Notes: a model not told the origin generated them from the letters alone. 64,000 nt of DNA from an uncultured virus (IMG/VR IMGVR_UViG_3300042402_007133) (IMGVR_UViG_3300042402_007133), one strand, 5' to 3'. Shown: positions 20,373 through 30,157, numbered from the stretch's first letter. Program-made: numbers and translations.

Positions 20373-20981
20373 TTAAACTATTCGATTTTTGATGAGCCTT
20401 GCAAGAAGCTCGCCCTTGCTTATGGGAGCGCTCTCATTTGTTATGCACTTTCCAATGTTTGGAGCAAATATGACTTCTCCGCCTTTAATCAGAAACTGTT
20501 TATCACCAAAGTCTGCAAGGCTAGGAGGAAGACCGCTGCCATCCTCTTTCAACTGGTCAATCCCCTTTTCAAAGGATTGGTTGAACTTTTGTATCGCTGT
20601 TTCTTGGTTTGGGTTCTTGTTTATGTCCTTGAAGTTCAACCTAAAATCCAACGGAACTTCACTTGGAACCGGTTCTGTTTCGACCTGCACTTCTCTAGAA
20701 AATGAAACTGTGTTTGGTATGACCAGGACATCATCGATGTTTAGAGCATATGGGTTTGATATTCCATTCATCTTACATATCTGATCTTGGTATGTGTCTT
20801 CTCCATATGCACGAACAGAAACAAGATCAGGCCTCGCCTGCTCTCCATCTACAACCTTTGCAATGGTCTGCATCCTTGCATTGACAGATTTAAGGGTCCT
20901 TGCTGCTATATCAACAACCCTTTCCATTGTATCTTCTATGACCTTTTCTGGCTTCCTAGAAAGAATAAATGAATCAAACAT
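20373..20981 (-). CDS. gp53: Baseplate wedge protein gp53-like (LysM-like)
   Basis: RPDLVSVRAYGEDTYQDQICKMNGISNPYALNIDDVLVIP is the gp53/LysM-like signature. Confidence 0.8.
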   Translation of the reverse strand: MFDSFILSRKPEKVIEDTMERVVDIAARTLKSVNARMQTIAKVVDGEQARPDLVSVRAYGEDTYQDQICKMNGISNPYALNIDDVLVIPNTVSFSREVQVETEPVPSEVPLDFRLNFKDINKNPNQETAIQKFNQSFEKGIDQLKEDGSGLPPSLADFGDKQFLIKGGEVIFAPNIGKCITNESAPISKGELLARLIKNRIV

Positions 20982-21588
20982 CTTGCTGTAATTTTTTTAT
21001 TATCCAGTAAGAGTCCACAAGATCGTCTACTGGTTTAACAACTTCTTCTCCCTTTAGAATCAGATCTAAGGAATGCTTTATTTTAAGAAACACCTGGCTG
21101 TTCTGAAGCATTGCATCATCGCTTTCAATAAACTTCTCTAACATATCCTTCTTCTTAAACTTAGCACCTCCAGCAAATGCCTTTACTGTTATTGGAGGAT
21201 AAAAGAATATGTCATTGACAGTCAAGGAAAGGGTGTTTTTTATGAGATTCCTCAAAAGAAACTGATAGGATACCAATTCAAGCAGACTATTTCCTTTGCT
21301 GTTAAATGAATGCCCTTCAAATGCAACAGAAGAAACATCATTCTTCTTTAGAACATCAACAATCGATGAGCATAATGCTTCTGAATCCAGGAGCTTTGAC
21401 CTTTCAGTTGCACAGTAGTCATCTCCTTTTGTTCTCTTTGGAAACATATGGCTGGTAAATCCAGCACCATCAAGATCAAAGTACTTCGTCTTCTCTCTTC
21501 CAAAATGATGCCAGTGATAACCAGCATCCGACAGTACGGTTATACACGTTGAGTTTATGCTGAAATCTATTGATGCTATGTTCTCCAT
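20974..21588 (-). CDS. RuvC-like (RNase H fold) nuclease / Holliday junction resolvase
   Basis: IASIDFSINST, VAFEG, PITVKAFAGG..KKDM and DDLVDSYWI follow the acidic motif order of RuvC-like enzymes. Confidence 0.7.
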   Translation of the reverse strand: MENIASIDFSINSTCITVLSDAGYHWHHFGREKTKYFDLDGAGFTSHMFPKRTKGDDYCATERSKLLDSEALCSSIVDVLKKNDVSSVAFEGHSFNSKGNSLLELVSYQFLLRNLIKNTLSLTVNDIFFYPPITVKAFAGGAKFKKKDMLEKFIESDDAMLQNSQVFLKIKHSLDLILKGEEVVKPVDDLVDSYWIIKKLQQDV

Positions 21589-21590
21589 TT

Positions 21591-24188
21591 TTATAAATCC
21601 CTTGGATTATCAGTTTGTCCATCCCGTGCCCTTGATATGTGAGGAGTAGGAAGTATTGTTTCGCTATTTGATGTTATCTTATGGAAATTTGATAGAGACT
21701 CAACAGTAGATTCTGGTAGGAATCCCATGAAATCAAATATTCCACTTCTTCCAACCTGCTTTGATATTTCCTCTTGGACCTGTTCAAGTTCCTTTCCTTC
21801 AAATAGATCAGGCTTTGGTATGTACAACGGACCAAATCCATCGTTGAACACTGATTCAACATCTTGGTTTGCCCTTGACATTCCTGGCTTGAGCCTAACA
21901 GTTGCTGTCATCTCTGTTGGAAAATCATCAGGCCCAAGCTCATTGTTGAATGATATATCAACTCCTTCACATATGAGGTTTCCTATCACAGCTATTGGTT
22001 TGAATGGGTTTCCGACAGTTAGATGCCATTCGCCAACAGGGGCGCCAGTCCTGAGGGCCTGAAAAGCAGGCATAGATGCGTTTCCGCCGCCCTCAGTTAA
22101 ACCAAACAAGCCTGCAAGAAGGTCTATTGCTGCAAGGTTCTTCAGCTTGTCTGGTATTCCAGCGGATGCTGCATCTGCTGCAGTTGCTGTTGCTCCAGTA
22201 TCTCTTCCACCAACAATTCTATTGTTTTGTGCCTGGCCTGAATTCCTAGGCGTTTGTATGTTTGAGTCTCTAAGGGCAAGAAGGCCCTTTATTGCATCAA
22301 CAGTTGGCAGCTCATTTCCAAATGCTTCTCTTATGATCGTCTCAAACTGTTGTGTTGCACCATCAAAATTTCCTGTCCATATGAGCTTAACAAACTCAAT
22401 TGTTTGTTTCTCATCCAACAGGGGAAATATTCCCTTGTTTAGATAGAACCTCGCCTCGCCGCCCCAGAAGTTTCCTCTGTAGTGGGTTGTAGCAAGAATG
22501 TTTGCCATTATGTCAAGCATTGCAGCCTTTGCATTTATGTGGCCTATTGCCTTTAGTGAGTACTCAAATTTAATGTTAATTGAGCCATCACCCATAATAC
22601 CACCAGAAAGGCCTGATTTTCTTTGTTGTGTGGTTAGTATCCTGTTGTATGGCTCTCTATAAAGGTCTGATAGGTATCCGCCTTGTGCATATGGGTTAAA
22701 CGTATCTAAATAGCTACTTATTCCAGCAAACCTTGCAGGGTCTATAACTCCAGTGTATGCAAGGACTCCGGCTGCTAACTCAGATGCTGTAACTCCAGGA
22801 ATAGACGATGCAGCAGACTGTATCTTATTAAAGAATTGTTTTCCTGTCTCTGCAGTAGAACCACCAATGATGCCTGCAGCAGCCCCTGCACCAAGGTTCA
22901 ATCCAAGATTTGCTATTCCAGCAGTAATCTTTGCAAACCGGCTTGCATCAAACATTGTTGTTACATCCAGTGGCTGTCCATTGTTTAACACTATATCATT
23001 GACCTTGGACCCAGAAGTTTCTTCCCATTTTGATGATACCGATATCTTTATTATTGTGCTTAAATCGTTTCCAGATTCTCCTCCAAAATATGTCACCATC
23101 TGTGATATTGGATTGTTAGACCATCCCTTTATCTTGTAGGCACCTGCCTTGCTTGTTCCTCCACCAAAGTAAGGGCTCCTTGTTAGGTTGTCCTGTATTG
23201 GAAACATGTAGCGTCTTAGCGTTACCAATCTTGTAAGGGGAATACGATTGTAGTACTTTAACCAAAGAAAATCTGCTGCCCTGTATGGTGTCGGGTTTGA
23301 TTGTGAGAATCCGCCAAACTTTGATAATATTGCAGAAAGCGTGACCTCTCTTCTTCCTATCTTTGAAACACCCATCCTGGATTCTTTATCAAGAAGAAGC
23401 CTGGACTGCGCTGCGCCATCATCGCCGGATGACATTCCATTTGCAACCGTGTTAAGCCTAAACACGTAGTGTGGGTTAGTTATAGGTTCAACACCCTGGA
23501 ATCCAACAGGCGGCGGTGGAGGTATAGAAGGCCCCGATGGGCCAACTCCAGAAGCAGGAGGTTTAACATTTGGTGTTTGGGAAGGCGCCCCCTTTGAGTA
23601 CTGCTTGTTTGCATCCAATGGACCATAGAATGCATATGATAGCCTTGAATCAACAACACCAAGGTTTGTGGTCTTTGCTGCTGCTGGATCCAACAATGAA
23701 TTAACAGCACCCCTGAACACATCTTTGATGTCCTGTACGACGCCTCTTGCAATTGAATTTCCTTGCTGTGCTGCCTGATTTACAAGGCCTCGTGAAAGGT
23801 TGTTTGCAAATGTAGAAAGCTCTACTCCGGGGTTTCTAAGGAGATTTTCCACATTTATCTGTGTTAGTTCATCTCCTATGAACGTCCCTCCAAAGTTGGA
23901 AGAGATCCTTGCTATTGGAACAAGGTCTTGGCCGGATTGGAATAAGTTTCCAACAACACCAAATGATTGCGGAAATTCAAGAACCGAAAACCTATCAAAG
24001 TTTGGGCTTAGTGTATTTGCTGTTGCTGGATCAACACCCAATACATTGTTGACAGTTGTCTTTAAGGTCTTTGCAGGATCAGATCCAAACACTATCCCAG
24101 AGGTTATGGTAGAGGTGACTGAGCCCTCTATCATACTTGTTGGATCTGGTGGAAGAGATAATTTTAATGCGTCTGCAAAGATGCTCAT
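21591..24188 (-). CDS. Putative baseplate/tail-tube initiator-like structural protein
   Basis: 865 aa between the gp25- and gp53-like genes. C-terminal GEWHLTVGNPFKPIAVIGNLICEGVDISF...DDFPTEMTATVRL is tube-initiator-like. Confidence 0.5.
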   Translation of the reverse strand: MSIFADALKLSLPPDPTSMIEGSVTSTITSGIVFGSDPAKTLKTTVNNVLGVDPATANTLSPNFDRFSVLEFPQSFGVVGNLFQSGQDLVPIARISSNFGGTFIGDELTQINVENLLRNPGVELSTFANNLSRGLVNQAAQQGNSIARGVVQDIKDVFRGAVNSLLDPAAAKTTNLGVVDSRLSYAFYGPLDANKQYSKGAPSQTPNVKPPASGVGPSGPSIPPPPPVGFQGVEPITNPHYVFRLNTVANGMSSGDDGAAQSRLLLDKESRMGVSKIGRREVTLSAILSKFGGFSQSNPTPYRAADFLWLKYYNRIPLTRLVTLRRYMFPIQDNLTRSPYFGGGTSKAGAYKIKGWSNNPISQMVTYFGGESGNDLSTIIKISVSSKWEETSGSKVNDIVLNNGQPLDVTTMFDASRFAKITAGIANLGLNLGAGAAAGIIGGSTAETGKQFFNKIQSAASSIPGVTASELAAGVLAYTGVIDPARFAGISSYLDTFNPYAQGGYLSDLYREPYNRILTTQQRKSGLSGGIMGDGSINIKFEYSLKAIGHINAKAAMLDIMANILATTHYRGNFWGGEARFYLNKGIFPLLDEKQTIEFVKLIWTGNFDGATQQFETIIREAFGNELPTVDAIKGLLALRDSNIQTPRNSGQAQNNRIVGGRDTGATATAADAASAGIPDKLKNLAAIDLLAGLFGLTEGGGNASMPAFQALRTGAPVGEWHLTVGNPFKPIAVIGNLICEGVDISFNNELGPDDFPTEMTATVRLKPGMSRANQDVESVFNDGFGPLYIPKPDLFEGKELEQVQEEISKQVGRSGIFDFMGFLPESTVESLSNFHKITSNSETILPTPHISRARDGQTDNPRDL

Positions 24189-24547
24189 GTTACTACTTGA
24201 AAGTTTAGGATGTTGTTGATGTAAACATCAATTATCATCGTTCTTGATATTTCACCGTCTGTGACATAAACGTCAATCTCAACATTCACTCCTGTAAAGT
24301 ACGGTTTTATGTACTCAAAATACTGCCTGTCTATCTCTTGACGTATTTGGTCCTGATCAAAATCAAACTCAAACAGCATGTCCTCAAGATTCAAGCCGTA
24401 GTATGGGTAAGCAATGACTTCACCTGGCGAAGTGGCAAAAAGCATCTTTAGCTGCTCAACAAGATCTTGGATGTTATCATTCTCCTCCATCTTGTTTGCC
24501 ACATACTTTGGATCGTCTTCGTTTCTGAGATATATGTCTCTAAGCAT
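24185..24547 (-). CDS. gp25: Baseplate wedge subunit gp25-like (sheath initiator)
   Basis: QLKMLFATSPGEVIAYPYYGLNLEDMLFE matches the gp25/GPW motif (T.pGE....P.fG..L..lLFE). Confidence 0.85.
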   Translation of the reverse strand: MLRDIYLRNEDDPKYVANKMEENDNIQDLVEQLKMLFATSPGEVIAYPYYGLNLEDMLFEFDFDQDQIRQEIDRQYFEYIKPYFTGVNVEIDVYVTDGEISRTMIIDVYINNILNFQVVT

Positions 24548-24553
24548 ATGTTA

Positions 24554-25285
24554 TTAGTGTACCTGCAAGAAGTAGTCTGGAACGTTTTCAGTGTCTATCT
24601 TCTCTAGAACCTTGTCGACCATTGCTTGACCCTGGCTCTCAAATATGGAGGCGTTTATCTGTGCGCCACCAGGAAGATTGAAGCTTATGAACGAATATAC
24701 CCTTGCCATAGAGACCAATGCCTTTCCTTTGACGTAGTCAATGAAGAGTGGGTCATCATACAGACTCTGTTCAGGTATCTTCGTCATAACCCGACATGAA
24801 ACATCGTATTTCGGATTTCTTCCAAGCAGGGTCAAATGGTGCGTGTTCTGGTTGTAGTTGTATTGTATTCTTTCCAAAAAGTATGCACGAGTAAGATCGT
24901 AATATGCATACTGAGCAGTTCTATAGACAAGGTCATCACTTCCGAATGGCGCAAGATATAGCTCGGCTGCTATCAGACGGTTTTCTGTTATATCCTGGTC
25001 AACCATTCCAAAGAAGTTGGCAGACTTCATTTCCTTGACATCAAGAACGCTCACAACACAATCAGGAAGAACTATCTGCCTTCTATTTGATTTCCACACA
25101 GAATCAAAGGTGGACCTTGGAAGTATGTAATAAACAGTCTCAACTGCATATTGATAGTTCTGAAAGAACCATCTGGCAGCATCATTTATTATCCTATCAA
25201 TCTCTTTTATTCCGATTGATGTTGATATTGCACCAGATGCCGTGATTTCGTCTTGGACGAGCTCTATGAGTTGATCTTTTACCAT
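24554..25285 (-). CDS. gp13: Neck protein gp13-like
   Basis: Motifs IDRIINDAARWF, LPDCVVSV and DYVKGKAL...FNLPGGAQINAS. Start moved from 25315 to ATG 25285 because the longer call runs through a terminator hairpin and the ATATATA motif. Confidence 0.8.
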   Translation of the reverse strand: MVKDQLIELVQDEITASGAISTSIGIKEIDRIINDAARWFFQNYQYAVETVYYILPRSTFDSVWKSNRRQIVLPDCVVSVLDVKEMKSANFFGMVDQDITENRLIAAELYLAPFGSDDLVYRTAQYAYYDLTRAYFLERIQYNYNQNTHHLTLLGRNPKYDVSCRVMTKIPEQSLYDDPLFIDYVKGKALVSMARVYSFISFNLPGGAQINASIFESQGQAMVDKVLEKIDTENVPDYFLQVH

Positions 25286-25288
25286 GCC

Positions 25289-25297
25289 GTATATATC
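25289..25297 (-). promoter_or_regulatory. Putative late promoter motif GATATATAC
   Basis: Immediately downstream of a terminator and 3 nt upstream of the gp13 ATG. Confidence 0.6.
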
Positions 25298-25325
25298 AAA
25301 AAAGAAAAGGCGCATATGCGCCTTT
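25298..25325 (-). terminator. Intrinsic terminator
   Basis: Palindrome aaaggcgcat-atgcgccttt followed on the minus strand by a T-rich run, right at the stop of 25324..25683. Confidence 0.75.
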
Positions 25326-25683
25326 ATCTAGGTTTGATCACTTGATCAACGTGTTTATGCAACTTTTTTAGAGAGTCATCATCTACCAAGAAGTACTTCT
25401 TTATCTCTATGTCCATGGAAGGAAGTGCTTTTTTTATGTTTTTGATGGTTTCCAAAGAGATGGACGGGTTTATGTAGTAGATGCAGGTCTTTCTCTTCTT
25501 TATGGCAAACTCAAACTCCTCCTGAAGAACGAGGTTCATCAGATAAACAGACGTGTTTACCAATCCATCTGGGCCTTTGTTCTTTATCTTAAGAAGAAGC
25601 TTGTTTACATCAATGATGTATGGCTTTGATCCAGATGCATACTTTGGAAGGTTGACCTTCTCTTTTGAAAAGACAAAATTCAT
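25324..25683 (-). CDS. Hypothetical protein
   Basis: 119 aa ORF with a 4-nt overlap to the upstream gene. Confidence 0.55.
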   Translation of the reverse strand: MNFVFSKEKVNLPKYASGSKPYIIDVNKLLLKIKNKGPDGLVNTSVYLMNLVLQEEFEFAIKKRKTCIYYINPSISLETIKNIKKALPSMDIEIKKYFLVDDDSLKKLHKHVDQVIKPR

Positions 25684-26090
25684 GACTTTAGCTTTTTCAT
25701 AGAGATCTTATCCTGGATCTCTATGTTCCTTTCAATTATGCTGCTAACACTCTCTTCTGAATATCCTCTTTCAACAAGGAAGGAAGCAGTGGATTCATTT
25801 GACTTATCCAGGAACTCTCTTGAATGACGTATGACATCTTCTGTGTTTGAAGTGTGCAGCTGCTTACCATTTTGGATGTTGTTCCTAACATTTTCAAACC
25901 AGTCCTTGTAACCCAGGCGGTTCTTTAATTTTACATAGCCGCTCTGCTTCAGCATTGCACGCCTGAGCTTCCTGTTAAAGTTGATGTTTGGTATTGGGCC
26001 AAGTCCATCACTAAGATTTACTTCTTGAGCTGACACACCCTGTGTTTGTTCTTCTGATGTCTGTTCTGGCTGTTGATTTTCTTCTATCAC
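25680..26090 (-). CDS. Hypothetical protein
   Basis: 136 aa ORF in a coupled operon, basic NRKLRR patch. Confidence 0.6.
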   Translation of the reverse strand: MIEENQQPEQTSEEQTQGVSAQEVNLSDGLGPIPNINFNRKLRRAMLKQSGYVKLKNRLGYKDWFENVRNNIQNGKQLHTSNTEDVIRHSREFLDKSNESTASFLVERGYSEESVSSIIERNIEIQDKISMKKLKS

Positions 26091-26686
26091 TTCTCTCCTC
26101 CGTAAAATTTTGTTATGCTCTGTTTCATTGAAGTCTTTAGTGTGTCCTGATCAATGGAATCGATTATTATATCTATCACTTCATTGACCGTTGATTCGTC
26201 AAATGTTTCATTTATCATATTAAAGAATGCAGATGTCGGCATCTCAAGCTTTATGTCCAGTGTTATGTTTGTATCATTCTTTTTTGCACGTGTTAAAAGA
26301 TCTGTTGCAAAGCTCGAATGCTTATTCTGCCTCTGCCTCTCTCTTTGAGCGGGTGGATCTGCACCAGCAGAAGAAGGATCAAACCCAAGTATGCTGGCAT
26401 GATCGGCCTGCACAGGAGATTCAGCTGATCGGTTCTGCCTTTGCTCAGCTTTCCTGTTCTGTTTTGCTGCTGGCTTTGGATACATGACATCAAGATCGAG
26501 TTGTTTCAGTGCAGCACCTGCTGATGGAAGTATTATGAAATCCTTTCCGACATTTGCCATTGGCACCTTTCGGCCTCCAGAGAGGATGGCAACGTCCTCA
26601 AACGTCTGTCCATCTTGCATCATCTCTGCAGTTTCAACTTCTCCTCGTTTAGGGCCTGTGATCCATTGAAGGTATTGGTTATTCAT
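26087..26686 (-). CDS. Hypothetical protein
   Basis: 199 aa ORF in a coupled operon. Confidence 0.6.
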   Translation of the reverse strand: MNNQYLQWITGPKRGEVETAEMMQDGQTFEDVAILSGGRKVPMANVGKDFIILPSAGAALKQLDLDVMYPKPAAKQNRKAEQRQNRSAESPVQADHASILGFDPSSAGADPPAQRERQRQNKHSSFATDLLTRAKKNDTNITLDIKLEMPTSAFFNMINETFDESTVNEVIDIIIDSIDQDTLKTSMKQSITKFYGGEK

Positions 26687-26990
26687 CGAATAGCTCCACT
26701 ATATTTTCCTTGTAAAATTTCATTCTGTCCTCTGGCATATCATCCAAGGACTGCGAGACCATAATCTTTAATGATATTAGACTGTCTGAAAAAAAATCAG
26801 CAACACCTCTCCTTGAAACCAGGTCTGAGTTTGATCTGAAGTTTTTTTCAATGCCATTGATTCTCCAGAAGACGAATGGATAAGAATCTATGAAGTGTAT
26901 TCTAAGTTCTTTCCACCCTGCTGGTTTTATGTCAACCTCTTCTGCATTTTTCCAGTCAAGGTCATCTTCCATATTGTAATTTATGGACAT
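26679..26990 (-). CDS. Hypothetical protein
   Basis: 103 aa ORF overlapping both neighbours. Confidence 0.5.
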   Translation of the reverse strand: MSINYNMEDDLDWKNAEEVDIKPAGWKELRIHFIDSYPFVFWRINGIEKNFRSNSDLVSRRGVADFFSDSLISLKIMVSQSLDDMPEDRMKFYKENIVELFDE

Positions 26991-27685
26991 CTGTCGATTC
27001 CTCCTATTGTCTTTGGCCAGAAGACATCCTTCTCAAGCCCCATCAGCTTTATGACGTGATCAAGCTCTTGATCTGCATTCAGGCCATTGGGAAGAACCCA
27101 ATATTGGCTCTCGATCGGCTTTACATGTCTTGCCTGAACATCGTCAATAATTGCAAGCCTTTCATAGTTTAGATCCCTTGCCCAAAGAAAGTCCTGTGCC
27201 CATCCAGAGTATGTTATGGTAAAAGTTCCAAGAACCTTCTTGAGCGCTTCTGTCTTAAACAGAGGGCACATGATCTCAACATAGTTTGTGTACCTCATGA
27301 ACTTCATTGGGTCATTTAGGACCAATGGAAAACTATGATAGCTATCATGCGTAAGAGATGGCTGACATACGTTTAGGTTATAGTCCTGTGCTATCCTAAA
27401 AAGCCTTTCTATATCATCTGCTTCAAGATGAACATCATAGTCTGGCATCCATATCCAATCGTATTGATCAAGTATGTCATACTTCTCGATGAACCTCTTG
27501 TATATGTGATGCTTGAATCCCTTATCATTAACATAATACTTTGCTGATCCATGCACCCAAGGACCGTCATTCCACTCATCAGGTTTGAAATTTATGAGTG
27601 CAAGATCAAAGCCAGAATTTTTTAGGTTCTTACTGTTATAGAACCCATCCTTTGCAGTAGTTGCTATGACAAGGTTTCTGTTCAC
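26981..27685 (-). CDS. DUF707-like glycosyltransferase-fold protein
   Basis: YDWIWMPDYDV (DxD), CQPSLTHDSY, TNYVEIMCPLF, SGWAQDFLW and AIIDDVQARH match DUF707 family motifs. Confidence 0.75.
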   Translation of the reverse strand: MNRNLVIATTAKDGFYNSKNLKNSGFDLALINFKPDEWNDGPWVHGSAKYYVNDKGFKHHIYKRFIEKYDILDQYDWIWMPDYDVHLEADDIERLFRIAQDYNLNVCQPSLTHDSYHSFPLVLNDPMKFMRYTNYVEIMCPLFKTEALKKVLGTFTITYSGWAQDFLWARDLNYERLAIIDDVQARHVKPIESQYWVLPNGLNADQELDHVIKLMGLEKDVFWPKTIGGIDRCP

Positions 27686-27918
27686 TGCTGAGGAGCCTCT
27701 TGTTCTTCTTGGGCTGAAGCATTAACAGCCTCAACAGACCTGTCAGGCCTAAAGAACACTATTGCATCATAGATGATCTTTGCTTCTTGCATTGTGTATG
27801 CACCAAGCCTTTGTGCATGCTCTGCTGCATTGACAAGCACATTGATTGCCTTTGCTGGATCATCAATAACGTAAGCAGGAGTCTGCTGACGCTCTTGTGG
27901 GGTTTCGTTGTTTTCCAT
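27682..27918 (-). CDS. Small hypothetical protein
   Basis: 78 aa, coupled to the hydroxymethylase (1-nt overlap) and the DUF707 gene (4-nt overlap). Confidence 0.6.
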   Translation of the reverse strand: MENNETPQERQQTPAYVIDDPAKAINVLVNAAEHAQRLGAYTMQEAKIIYDAIVFFRPDRSVEAVNASAQEEQEAPQQ

Positions 27919-28778
27919 TATTCCTCTACAAAAAATTTGTGAAATATGTCTATGTAGTCGTATGTGTTGAACACTGAAAAGTCATTTACCTGTTCCATGT
28001 AGTCAACGAATTCAATTGCGCTTTTGCTCATGCCAGATTCTGATGAATCAAATATTGGCCGTGTCATTCTTAGCTCAATTTCATTTTCTGGGTTTACATC
28101 TTCTAGTCTTAGCTTCTCAACAAGAGAGAAGTGCCTCTCGTAGTAGTGTGTGTTGTCTGAGCAGTGGTAGTATGTTCCAATCCCAAGATCTTGGTACTTT
28201 GACTTCAGTTCAAGGTACATTGATTGGTAGACAACAGAGAAGAAAGGTGCATCGTACTGAAGGCCATAGAATATGTCGTTAGATCTCATCTGGACCTTCA
28301 TGTTCAACTTGTTGTCTCTTATCCAAAAATTGACATACATTGTGCAGACAAAGTCCTTGACGCCTTCATTTTGATATGCTGGTGTGTTGAACACCATTAT
28401 TGCCTGTCTTGTTGACTTGTCCTTCAGAAGGGCATTTAACGCCCATTTGAACTGGTTGTGCTGCCTTGAGAGCATGACATAGCCGTAATTGGAATTGACT
28501 CTATCATCAACTGTTAGTGTCTTCCAAAAGCTTGAGAAGTTGTTTATCTTATCAATTGTGGTCTCTTGGGAAAGATACCACCAGAGCTCACCAACAAAGT
28601 ACTTCCAGTTGAATGCTTTGCTGTCAAAGTTCATCATTGGGTACAGGGGATTGAATTCAAGCGTTGTCAGGTAGTCCTCAACAACCTTTAACCCTCTTGG
28701 TGAATCCTCTCTGTCCATTCTTGATAAGAGGTTCAAAACTTCACTGTTTATGGTCTTTGTCATAGGTACTTTATACAC
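27918..28778 (-). CDS. gp42: Thymidylate-synthase-family dCMP hydroxymethylase (T4 gp42-like)
   Basis: VNSNYG, DFVCT (catalytic Cys), MRSNDIFYGLQYD and HYYERHF. Asp replaces the Asn found at this position in dUMP-specific ThyA. Closely parallels T4 gp42 (INSNYG, DFMCT, MRSNDVVFGFRND, HVYSRHF, recalled from memory). Confidence 0.85.
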   Translation of the reverse strand: MYKVPMTKTINSEVLNLLSRMDREDSPRGLKVVEDYLTTLEFNPLYPMMNFDSKAFNWKYFVGELWWYLSQETTIDKINNFSSFWKTLTVDDRVNSNYGYVMLSRQHNQFKWALNALLKDKSTRQAIMVFNTPAYQNEGVKDFVCTMYVNFWIRDNKLNMKVQMRSNDIFYGLQYDAPFFSVVYQSMYLELKSKYQDLGIGTYYHCSDNTHYYERHFSLVEKLRLEDVNPENEIELRMTRPIFDSSESGMSKSAIEFVDYMEQVNDFSVFNTYDYIDIFHKFFVEE

Positions 28779-28780
28779 AA

Positions 28781-29860
28781 TTAAGGGGCATCAGTTACAT
28801 CCAAAAAGAGCACAGTCGTCTTCATCTTCCTCATCTTCTGTCCTGTCTCAAAGTCGTATTGGTATGAAGATCTTGAAAGATGAACGGATCCTGGCTTTTC
28901 CATACACTGATCTGCATACTGCTTAGGATCCATTGAATACCATTCAGAAGGCCATGATATGACATCGTACCCGTACTCTGCTGAAAGATCATCAAGCATC
29001 CTGTTGAACTCTGCAACCGCTTCTGACCTCTGCTGCCTTGTTCCAAAGAAAGGAGATCCCTTGTACCATCCTGTCTTTGGGATCCTTCTCTCTTCGTGTT
29101 CTATTGGAAGAAGGCTCACAAGTCCAACGTAATCCATTCCATGCGCCTCCTTTAGTTCCCTTGCAAACTCAATGTAACGTTTTACAAGGCTTCTTAGAGA
29201 TCCCATGGGGTCTTCCTGCCTGAATATGTGATGTCGTACATCAATGTTTCCCATGTAAAGGATTATCTCCTTTGTTCCTTCTGGGAACACAAATGAATCC
29301 TTCTTTTTGAGAAATCCGTGGAGCGTCTGGCCATCGTTTCTGCTTATGTTTGCGCCAGGAACATACACGGACACAGAATGACTGTCTCCGTATATGAACA
29401 TCTCGTCCCTTAGAACAAGATCTATCCGTTCTATGGATCTTGATATGCTTGTGTATTCTTCTGGGTCAAGAAGCTTCCAGTCATCGCATGCAGCATTCAT
29501 CCTTGACCTTATGAACGCACCAATGTCTGGCATGTCCTGGTTTAGTATGAATATCTCTCCTTGAAAGTCTGCAAGCCTCTTTATCCTTGCCGCTGTCTCT
29601 TCATTTGCGCCCCCAAAAAGATTGAAGGTCCCCTGAAACTCCATCGGAAGGGATATGAACCAGACATCATACTTTGATACGTCACTGTTCTTTGAAAGCA
29701 CATCTGCATGAAGCCCAACATGTCGAAGCTGTGCGCTTAACAGGTAGGGCCATGAAGACTTGTGTGATTCCTTCTTTGCACTATAGGATGTGACTACATC
29801 ATCGATCGCTATTCGCTTTCCATGAAGGCGGTCTGCAACATCATATATCGATAGGGGCAT
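28781..29860 (-). CDS. Two-domain protein with C-terminal SGNH/GDSL hydrolase-acyltransferase fold
   Basis: Block-I-like IYGDSH, block-II-like RNDG, block-III-like LYMGNIDVRHH and C-terminal SVHLS (His). N-terminal domain (SHKSSW, FNLFGG) not recognised. Confidence 0.6.
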   Translation of the reverse strand: MPLSIYDVADRLHGKRIAIDDVVTSYSAKKESHKSSWPYLLSAQLRHVGLHADVLSKNSDVSKYDVWFISLPMEFQGTFNLFGGANEETAARIKRLADFQGEIFILNQDMPDIGAFIRSRMNAACDDWKLLDPEEYTSISRSIERIDLVLRDEMFIYGDSHSVSVYVPGANISRNDGQTLHGFLKKKDSFVFPEGTKEIILYMGNIDVRHHIFRQEDPMGSLRSLVKRYIEFARELKEAHGMDYVGLVSLLPIEHEERRIPKTGWYKGSPFFGTRQQRSEAVAEFNRMLDDLSAEYGYDVISWPSEWYSMDPKQYADQCMEKPGSVHLSRSSYQYDFETGQKMRKMKTTVLFLDVTDAP

Positions 29861-30127
29861 TTATGACCTCTCGTTTATGTAGTTCTCCAATCCCTGTAGG
29901 TATGCAACAGCATCCAAGAGGTTGTCTCTCTTATGTTGGTAGCTCTCACGTGATAGCTTGAGTGCAACAAGAGCCTTAAACATGTGCTCAGCACCCAAAT
30001 TGAGGCCTGTCATTCCATTGAATATCATGGCAGCGCGTTCCATTCCTTCGCTGAACGGGCCATACTGGCGGTCTGATTCTTCTGACCTGTTGTTTACTAT
30101 TTCTTCTGCTTGTGTTAATATGCTCAT
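29861..30127 (-). CDS. DUF6378-like small all-alpha protein (possible nucleotide pyrophosphatase-associated)
   Basis: ILTQAEEIVNNR...RQYGP...LVALKLSRE...KRDNLLDAVAY is the DUF6378 pattern. Confidence 0.75.
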   Translation of the reverse strand: MSILTQAEEIVNNRSEESDRQYGPFSEGMERAAMIFNGMTGLNLGAEHMFKALVALKLSRESYQHKRDNLLDAVAYLQGLENYINERS

Positions 30128-30157
30128 GTCAATTCTATCCTAGTTCTTTTTCTGATG

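Noticed and set aside
8353..24547. Bacterial contractile injection system (eCIS/T6SS/tailocin)
   Set aside because: Major capsid, prohead protease and neck genes are in the same window, so this is a phage.
25286..25315. N-terminal extension MRLFFFDIYG of the gp13-like ORF
   Set aside because: It is encoded by the terminator hairpin, T-tract and promoter motif, so ATG 25285 is more plausible.
27918..28778. Ordinary thymidylate synthase ThyA
   Set aside because: It has Asp rather than Asn at the specificity position, and NSNYG/DFxCT motifs of gp42-type enzymes instead of the ThyA LxPC and PFN motifs.
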